From NCBI GenBank assembly GCA_964455085.1, contig CAYVYJ010000008.1:1514-65513 (forward strand): DNA of 64,000 bases. The letters run 5' to 3'. Position 1 is the first letter of the stretch; every line of letters begins with the position of its first letter. The position numbers were made by a program, and so were the translations under genes. This DNA comes from an uncultured Planctomycetia bacterium (GTDB lineage: Bacteria > Omnitrophota > Gorgyraeia > Duberdicusellales > 4484-171). The notes below the pieces were generated by a model. The model saw only the letters and a program-made list of their open reading frames with translations. It did no database searches and had not been told where the DNA came from. Below are positions 57,513 to 64,000 of the stretch, piece by piece.

Positions 57513-59309
57513 TTATGATTTCTTTGATATCATAAAATTCTCAATTGCCATATATTCAAGACCAGAATTATCAAAAGTAAAAACGGCCTGTTCCAATGTC
57601 CCTACCAAAGGATAGCCATGCAAATTTAGGCTAGTATTAAGCAATCCTCCTATTCCAGTTAAGTTTTCAAAGTGTTTTAGAAGACGGTAATAGTCTGGGT
57701 CTATTTCTTGATTTAAAATCTGAGGCCGCAAGGTTTTATCTTTAGGGTGTATAGCGGCTAAAAGATGTTCTATGGCCAATGGAGTTGAATCAAAAGCAAT
57801 TATCATAAACCGTGAAGAATCTAGTATCCTATCCTTTAGTGAATCCCAATTCTTAATATACTTTGGCGCCCATTCTTGAAGAATTGTCGGTGCAAAAGGC
57901 ATCCAAAAATCCCTCATCTTGATCATATCATTAACTCTGTAAAAAGTTCTTATATCGGAAGGATTTCCTAAAATTGAACGATGCCCCAAAGCTCTTGCCC
58001 CGAACTCTCCTTTACCCTTAAACCTTGCGACTATCTCTTTGGAAGCAAGAAGGCAAGCTATTTTATCTTCCATATCATCAAAGAAATCAACTTTGTATTT
58101 TTGAAAATAACCCTTTTCTTTAAGAAACTTCTCTGCCTCTTGATTGTTATACTCTAAACCTAAATACATACTCCTAGGCAAGTGAGAGGTAGAATTATTT
58201 TCCATAGTTTGAAGGTAATATGCACCGAAGACAGTACTCTCGTCGCCAGCTGAAGGCATAAAATAGGCTTTATCGATATTATTGCTTTCCGAAATAATTT
58301 TATTCATTTTAACATTCAAAAATACTCCTCCGCTACAAGCTATTTTTCTAATACCGGTTTTCTCTACTGCCGCCTCAATCCATTCACAAACATAATTTTC
58401 TACTAACTTCTGTATCGCTGCAGAAACATTATCAAATCTAATACCGCTAAGTCTTTCTCTAAGGAAATTATGAGCTATATTAAGATTTATTTTGGATTTA
58501 AAAGTTAGGCTTTCCTTATCCAACCACACTAAATCTTTTAATCTATCATAAGCTAAAGAATAGTATTTAGGATCATTGACAAAGGCTGCTAACCCCATAA
58601 CTTTATACTCATGTTCGTTCGGCTTCATTCCCAAAAACTTAGTTACTTCTGAATACAGGAGCCCTAAAGAAGCTTCAAAGCCTGAAGAAGACACTAAAGA
58701 ATATTCATCTTTGCCTTTAGTCGAATCATAGATAAATATCTTAGCAAAAGACATATCTCCGGCACCATCCATTGAAATTAACAAATACTTATCTTTTTTC
58801 TCATTTAAGTTATAAAAAGAGACTGGGGAAAAACAATGACAGGTGTGATGGTCCATGTATTTTATTTTTGAATCCGGAATGGAAAAATTTCTATTTAAAA
58901 AGACTTCAAACTCTTTTTTGCAATTAGGGGATATAATTCTATTAAGAATAAAATTTCTTATACCTAACATAGAATTCTTTATCAAAGAGCACCTATAACC
59001 ACCTTTATATTCTAAATAATTCCAAATCGACCTTAGCCTGCTACGCGAGGCTTCTTCAATCAAATCCTTTTTGTCCGGAATAAACAAAAATAACATATTC
59101 TTCATAGGGTTAAGAAAACTTTCGATTTTATGGAAATCTTGGCCTAACTTACCAGAGAGGTATTTTATTGAATTATCAGGGGTACCTATGTAATTTTTGA
59201 TATTGGTAAGCTTCTCTTCCTGAAGGATAAAGGGAGGTTTCCCTTCTTCAAATAACCCTACGGTTGCATTATGCCCCGGATAGATAACTAAAACTTTTGA
59301 ACTATTCAT
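57513..59309 (-). CDS. Carbamoyltransferase (NodU/CmcH family)
   Basis: 598 aa. Two-domain architecture with HHxxH-like region (MDHHTCH) and C-terminal LNTSLN...PLV motif typical of NodU/CmcH O-carbamoyltransferases. Confidence 0.7.
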   Translation of the reverse strand: MNSSKVLVIYPGHNATVGLFEEGKPPFILQEEKLTNIKNYIGTPDNSIKYLSGKLGQDFHKIESFLNPMKNMLFLFIPDKKDLIEEASRSRLRSIWNYLEYKGGYRCSLIKNSMLGIRNFILNRIISPNCKKEFEVFLNRNFSIPDSKIKYMDHHTCHCFSPVSFYNLNEKKDKYLLISMDGAGDMSFAKIFIYDSTKGKDEYSLVSSSGFEASLGLLYSEVTKFLGMKPNEHEYKVMGLAAFVNDPKYYSLAYDRLKDLVWLDKESLTFKSKINLNIAHNFLRERLSGIRFDNVSAAIQKLVENYVCEWIEAAVEKTGIRKIACSGGVFLNVKMNKIISESNNIDKAYFMPSAGDESTVFGAYYLQTMENNSTSHLPRSMYLGLEYNNQEAEKFLKEKGYFQKYKVDFFDDMEDKIACLLASKEIVARFKGKGEFGARALGHRSILGNPSDIRTFYRVNDMIKMRDFWMPFAPTILQEWAPKYIKNWDSLKDRILDSSRFMIIAFDSTPLAIEHLLAAIHPKDKTLRPQILNQEIDPDYYRLLKHFENLTGIGGLLNTSLNLHGYPLVGTLEQAVFTFDNSGLEYMAIENFMISKKS

Positions 59310-60124
59310 TATCTTATTAGTGATTCTTTAAGATACAAAAAACCTGATACAATCTTTAAAAAATACATCCCTAAAGATAGTAATGGGTGTCTAAACAATT
59401 TTTTCCATTTACCTTTTTCAGAAAATACTCCAAAGTACCGATAAAAGAAACCTAATTGTTTTTTAATCGTTTTATCTTTTCTGCCCCATTTGTCTATATA
59501 CCTACTAAGATTTTTAGCATAGTAACCTTTTTTTTGTAAATATCTCTTAAAGCTGAACGCTTCTTCGCTATGATACAAAGGACTTTTAATTATACCTACT
59601 TCTCCTATCGCCCTAATCCTTCTATCAAGATCCCAATCTTCAGGCCCGGTTAGATTCTCGTCAAAGCCATCGATTTTTAAAAATTCATCTCTTCGAATAA
59701 ATCTTATACAATCTATTACTGTTGCATTATAAAAACTTCTTTCAAAATCTCTTATTTTAGTCCAGAATCCTCTACCAACTATCCTTTCCGGAATGTATAA
59801 AGCAATCAAGCTTTGACACTCACACATTTGTACACACTTACCTAAAACACCCTCCGATAAACTCATATCAGCATCCAGATATAAAATATACTTTCCCGAT
59901 GCTTCTTTGATACCTAAATTTCTCTGTACGCTTCTTTCAGGACCGTAATTAAAAACTTTATTGGTATATTTTTTTGCTATTTCTTTAGTCCTGTCGGTTG
60001 AATTATTATCAACAACGATTATTTCTATCTCAGTCTGCGGATAAATCTGTCCTTTAATCGAATTTAAACAATTCTCGATATTTTTTTCTTCGTTTTTGGT
60101 GGTAATTACTACTGAGACTAACAT
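59309..60124 (-). CDS. GT2 glycosyltransferase
   Basis: 271 aa. SVVITTKNEE...VDNNSTDRT...DADM motifs. Confidence 0.75.
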   Translation of the reverse strand: MLVSVVITTKNEEKNIENCLNSIKGQIYPQTEIEIIVVDNNSTDRTKEIAKKYTNKVFNYGPERSVQRNLGIKEASGKYILYLDADMSLSEGVLGKCVQMCECQSLIALYIPERIVGRGFWTKIRDFERSFYNATVIDCIRFIRRDEFLKIDGFDENLTGPEDWDLDRRIRAIGEVGIIKSPLYHSEEAFSFKRYLQKKGYYAKNLSRYIDKWGRKDKTIKKQLGFFYRYFGVFSEKGKWKKLFRHPLLSLGMYFLKIVSGFLYLKESLIR

Positions 60125-60182
60125 CTTTTAGATTAAACTATATTTTGGTAGTTGCTTGAAAATTACAGATAGGGAATTAATT

Positions 60183-61364
60183 TTACTTGCTAACATACCT
60201 CCTGCAAATCTCTGCTAATTTTTTTGCATAGCCCTCCCAGGTGTAACTCTTAGCCCTTAACCAGGCTTCTCGACCCATCTGCTCTGTCTTAACCTTATCG
60301 TTAAATATTTTATTAATACAATTTAGGAGTTCTTTAGAATTTCCTCTTTCCGGAAAATATCCCTGCACCCAGTTTTCAAACAAATCAGCAGCACCAGAGC
60401 CTTTAGGAATGATTATCGGACATCCGCAGGCCGCAGCTTCCAGTGACTGCATGCCAAAAGCTTCATGGACAGGATGAACATGAACCATAGCCTCTGAACA
60501 TAATTTCATAATCATCTCTTCATCTAAAGGACCAATCAATTTAACCCTATCTTCTAACTTTCTTTTTCTGACTTCTTTCTGAAACTCCCCACGCAGTGTT
60601 AGTGGGTGCCAAAAACCACCAATGGTTAATTTTATATCCTTTTGATTCAACCCCTCTAAAATGTCTAAAAAAACATTAGGGATATTTCCAATATCCCAAC
60701 GGTCGTAGGTAAGAATCATCTTTTTACGAGAAGAAAATGCAGGCAATTGGTCTTTCACGAAACATCCTGGCACCAATATCTCTAAGGGTTTCTTAGTTAA
60801 CCTCTTAAAATGCTGATGATGAAATTTACCGCTGGTAATTATTGCTTTTGCCTTGGCAAAGGCAAACTTATCCAATATCCTTGCCCCCAAATAAAGAAAA
60901 GGATACTTCCAACCAAATCTATTCTTGTATATTTTGCTAGCTGTAAAAGTAGCTGGATCCCAAACTAGTAATAAGAATGGTATTTTACAATGTTTTTTAA
61001 TATTTCGGGCAGCAAATGTACTATATTGACAATTTGCAATAATTAAATCAAATTCATTTCTCCTGATGCTTCGATGGGCAAAAAACCAGCTAGCAATATG
61101 GTGCAAAGAAAAGAATGACATTCCGGGAAACTTGAAATTTATTCTCTGAATCCATTTAGGAAACTTAGAAAATAAATACTTCACCTTCACGCCTTGAAGA
61201 TGAAAATCGTAATGCTCTTTATTATTCTTCCAATGGTCTTTCTCAATAATTATCAAGGCTTCTGCATTAAGGCCTAATTCCTTTAGTTTACGAATCGGCC
61301 AGCCGATAAGTTTGGGGGCACTTCCGGGAGCTATTTCATCAACTAAAATTCCTATTTTCATCAA
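60183..61364 (-). CDS. GT4 (GT-B fold) glycosyltransferase
   Basis: 393 aa. C-terminal E...E region (HPVHEAFGMQSLEAAACGCPII) characteristic of GT4. Confidence 0.7.
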   Translation of the reverse strand: MMKIGILVDEIAPGSAPKLIGWPIRKLKELGLNAEALIIIEKDHWKNNKEHYDFHLQGVKVKYLFSKFPKWIQRINFKFPGMSFFSLHHIASWFFAHRSIRRNEFDLIIANCQYSTFAARNIKKHCKIPFLLLVWDPATFTASKIYKNRFGWKYPFLYLGARILDKFAFAKAKAIITSGKFHHQHFKRLTKKPLEILVPGCFVKDQLPAFSSRKKMILTYDRWDIGNIPNVFLDILEGLNQKDIKLTIGGFWHPLTLRGEFQKEVRKRKLEDRVKLIGPLDEEMIMKLCSEAMVHVHPVHEAFGMQSLEAAACGCPIIIPKGSGAADLFENWVQGYFPERGNSKELLNCINKIFNDKVKTEQMGREAWLRAKSYTWEGYAKKLAEICRRYVSK

Positions 61365-61408
61365 ACTTTAATCTCCTTTGGAATCCTTAGTAACAAATAT
61401 TTTCTTAC

Positions 61409-62425
61409 TCATACTTTTCCCCCTCTTAAAAATTCTCTAATCATCTTCCTGCCTTCAGGCCTAGTCAAAGTAAGATAAATATAAGTTGCAGCTTGAAAAA
61501 AACTAACTACCGGGTGGTATAGCCAATAAATGTTTCTGTCGCGTATCATGAGCCATAAAGCATGGGCCAGGGAAAATACAGGGATAATACTATAAACGGC
61601 CCATAAAAAAACTTTGGTTTTAAAACCTCTACTGACAATCCAACCTAAATTTCGTGTTTTTCTCTGTTGCAGGAAGTGACTGACATAATTTCTCCTCCAC
61701 TTCGAAACCCACTGACTTAAAGAGCGCAAATGGTGATGGCAAACAAATAAATCCTTAAAATAGATTACTTTATTCTTACCACCCTCTATTAAAACTTGAA
61801 AAACATCATTGTCACCTAAGAAACCTTTTCTTAAAATGATATCTCGAACCCAAGCAGTCCTATAGGTAAGTCCATTTGCACCCCAGATAAGAGACCGTCC
61901 TTCCTCTATCTCGAACAAATAACCTGTTCTGCCATCAAAGTTCATTCGAGATGCCTTCTTTAAATAACGTCCGAGATTTTTGCTAATACAAAAAGAGAGT
62001 GGATCATTCTGAATGAGTTCATAATAGCGATTAATTTTAGAATCTCCTGGAGATGGAATCATCTTACACCAGAATGTAGAAATATCTTTGTCTGATAAAA
62101 AAATCTGATTAATCGTTTTTAGCCAATCTCTTCCCACTAAACTATTATCAGCGGCAAAGGCTACGAAAAGCTCTCCGGTTGCCTCTTTTGCTGCAATCTT
62201 TGCGCCAAAATCAGCTAATCTTTTAGGATTAGAAAAGATCTTTACGAATTTATACTTAGAAGCAATTTCTACTGTTTTATCTATTGACTCACCGTCAACA
62301 AGTAAAACTTCGATTTTATCCTGGGGGTAATCTTGACAAGCTATGCTATCCAAACATTCCTTAATCATCGCCTCTTCGTTGTAAACCGGAAGAGAGAAAC
62401 TAAATTTTAAAAATTTATCACTCAT
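61409..62425 (-). CDS. GT2 glycosyltransferase with C-terminal TM segment
   Basis: 338 aa. SFSLPVYNEE...VDGESIDKT GT-A N-terminus. C-terminal hydrophobic helix. Confidence 0.7.
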   Translation of the reverse strand: MSDKFLKFSFSLPVYNEEAMIKECLDSIACQDYPQDKIEVLLVDGESIDKTVEIASKYKFVKIFSNPKRLADFGAKIAAKEATGELFVAFAADNSLVGRDWLKTINQIFLSDKDISTFWCKMIPSPGDSKINRYYELIQNDPLSFCISKNLGRYLKKASRMNFDGRTGYLFEIEEGRSLIWGANGLTYRTAWVRDIILRKGFLGDNDVFQVLIEGGKNKVIYFKDLFVCHHHLRSLSQWVSKWRRNYVSHFLQQRKTRNLGWIVSRGFKTKVFLWAVYSIIPVFSLAHALWLMIRDRNIYWLYHPVVSFFQAATYIYLTLTRPEGRKMIREFLRGGKV

Positions 62426-62426
62426 A

Positions 62427-62696
62427 TTAACTTACCCCTTTAGAAATATCTTCAAGATTTGAAATTAGAAAATCCGGCTTCTCTTTATTTACCAACATCC
62501 TTGTCCTTATCCCGCTAGTTACGCCTATAAAACCGGCTTTTTTAAAAATCTTTGGCCACGAAGTCTTCTTCTTCTTCAGACCCCAAAAGGCTCTTTTCCC
62601 AAGCTTTAATTTGCCTCCAGCAATATCAAGAAATACCTTATAGTATCTCTTCGATACATCAAGAATTGGTCCGTCAAAATCAAAAAATATCTTCAA
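62427..62696 (-). pseudogene. Truncated HAD-superfamily hydrolase fragment (motif I only) or small HAD-like domain protein
   Basis: 89 aa. FDFDGPILD HAD motif I at the N-terminus. Motifs III/IV (K, DD) are not present. Overlaps upstream ATP-grasp stop by 4 nt. Confidence 0.35.
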
Positions 62697-63691
62697 GACA
62701 AACTCTTTTTCTTAGAAAATAAATATTTTTCTTCCCAATACCTCATCATGTAGCACCCATCTACAAAATCTAACTCTTGAGGAGTTAAATCTAAAGGGGT
62801 CTTCGACCCCAGATGCATTTTTATAAGCAATAAGGGCAGGTTAACTCCAGCTTCTACGGCAAGAGGGAGGCCGGCGCCAAACTTAGGATTAACTTCAATC
62901 AAATAAAAATCATTATTTCTCTCAATAAATTGGATGTTACAGGGTCCGTTTATATCAAATTTCTTAGCAATTTCCTTAGCCAGACTCATTAGTTTCTCAT
63001 TTTTAACAGTTTTCCCTTTAAAAATCTGCCCGGCTTTTACTACGATCCGTTCCCGAGGAATTGCCTGAAGGATTTCACCCTCTGGTGAAGCAAGAATGTC
63101 CACTGTATATTCTCTTCCTTCAATGCGTTCTTGCCATATATATTCTTTTATATTGCCAATTTGCAGGCCCTCAAGTTGTTTCTCATTCTCAATAAAGTAA
63201 AGGTCTTGACTACCACGCCCATTCAATGGCTTTATAACGCCTGGATATTGAGCGACATTTTCGTTTGAATTAATACCTATTTTAGCAGTATGCGGGCATC
63301 TGATATTATTCTTTTCACAAAACTGATAGGTTTGCCACTTATCATTAGTCCGTTTAACAACTTCTAAATCATTTACCAAAACTTTTATCCCTAACTTATC
63401 ATTAAATACTTTCTTCTCAGCAGCAAAAATCGCTAATTCTTCATCGATTATAGGAATTATTACCAAAACATTTTTATCTTTACAAATTTTCTTTATTTTA
63501 GGAATAAAATTTGAGTCGTTTGAGGCCGGGGTTATACAGTAGTCATTTGCCAGTTGAAATCCTGCTGAATATTCGCCCATATCAATAGCAATAATATTTA
63601 TGTCCAGTTCTTTCTGCTTACGCAAAGCCTTAATTACACTGATTGCTGGCGTAGAACCGGCACTGCTCACTAGAACATTAATCTTCTTCAT
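62693..63691 (-). CDS. ATP-grasp domain enzyme (carboxylate-amine ligase-like)
   Basis: 332 aa. N-terminal pre-ATP-grasp Rossmann-like region and central ATP-grasp fold (KP.GSG...E.IEG.EYTVD). Confidence 0.65.
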   Translation of the reverse strand: MKKINVLVSSAGSTPAISVIKALRKQKELDINIIAIDMGEYSAGFQLANDYCITPASNDSNFIPKIKKICKDKNVLVIIPIIDEELAIFAAEKKVFNDKLGIKVLVNDLEVVKRTNDKWQTYQFCEKNNIRCPHTAKIGINSNENVAQYPGVIKPLNGRGSQDLYFIENEKQLEGLQIGNIKEYIWQERIEGREYTVDILASPEGEILQAIPRERIVVKAGQIFKGKTVKNEKLMSLAKEIAKKFDINGPCNIQFIERNNDFYLIEVNPKFGAGLPLAVEAGVNLPLLLIKMHLGSKTPLDLTPQELDFVDGCYMMRYWEEKYLFSKKKSLS

Positions 63692-64000
63692 CTAATCAGT
63701 TACCTTTACTGCTTTACCGCCGCTGGCTATTGATTTTTTTGCTGCTCCTAATACCGCTACAGCATCTAGACCTCTCTTTAAATAGCTATTGGCGGCCTTT
63801 CCTTTTCTAACAAAACTGATAAAATCTTCACACTCTATTAACAAAGGCTCTCTTATCTTAATACTAGAAGCAATTTCTTGCCCAGATTTTATAATCATCT
63901 TAAATTCTTCAAAAGTATGATAAGGCTGCTCGTACTTTCGCTTCATGACCCGCTTATCATAAATCTTTATCGGATGAGTGTAATCTAAATCATTAAACAT
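63692..64000 (-). CDS. Hypothetical protein; ATG lies at the window edge, so the N-terminus may extend beyond 64000
   Basis: 102 aa ORF whose ATG is at 63998-64000, the last bases of the window. No recognisable motifs. Stop abuts the ATP-grasp start. Confidence 0.35.
   Translation of the reverse strand: MFNDLDYTHPIKIYDKRVMKRKYEQPYHTFEEFKMIIKSGQEIASSIKIREPLLIECEDFISFVRKGKAANSYLKRGLDAVAVLGAAKKSIASGGKAVKVTD

Overview
This is a 64 kb AT-rich bacterial chromosomal segment with about 60 genes, nearly all on the minus strand. LpxA, a GT9 heptosyltransferase, a WaaL/Wzy-like protein and a prepilin peptidase point to a diderm organism; no phylum call is made. No rRNA, CRISPR array, transposase or integrase gene was recognised. 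In order, the window contains:
(1) An ORF-free first 610 bp carrying a tRNA-Phe(GAA)-like 5' half fused to a terminator-like hairpin.
(2) A tightly coupled three-gene module: a GT2 polyprenyl-phosphate glycosyltransferase (GtrB/ArnC-like), a radical SAM/SPASM enzyme and a GT-C (ArnT/PMT-like) membrane transferase. A divergent class-B (B12-binding) radical SAM gene, asnB-like amidotransferase and an FAD oxidoreductase flank it.
(3) A long minus-strand amino-acid biosynthesis operon (lysC, cimA, ilvB, ilvN, ilvC, leuA, an unknown gene, aroE, pilD, aroC).
(4) cstA, apgM, trmI and an isolated lpxA.
(5) A cNMP-binding/patatin phospholipase fusion, a GH1 beta-glucosidase and a tandem-ACT protein.
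(6) A UvrD-family helicase with cinA-C and thpR, then pgpA, pgsA, rimO, rodZ, ftsK, pnp and rpsO.
(7) A roughly 23 kb co-directional cell-surface glycan locus. It has several GT2/GT4/GT9 glycosyltransferases, two more Dpm1-like GT2 plus GT-C pairs, a WaaL/Wzy-like protein, a second B12-radical SAM, a SAM methyltransferase, a plant-type GDP-mannose 3,5-epimerase homolog, a nucleotide-sugar 6-dehydrogenase, a NodU/CmcH carbamoyltransferase and an ATP-grasp enzyme. The xseAB genes sit inside it.
The most striking sequence-level signal is a 72-nt intergenic element present twice (16141-16212 and 29767-29838). Four of its seven differences form two compensatory base-pair changes in two predicted hairpins, implying a conserved structured RNA. 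The most plausible undescribed system is the radical SAM/SPASM-containing polyprenyl-phosphate glycosylation module at 611-4405 and its two auxiliary radical SAM paralogs.
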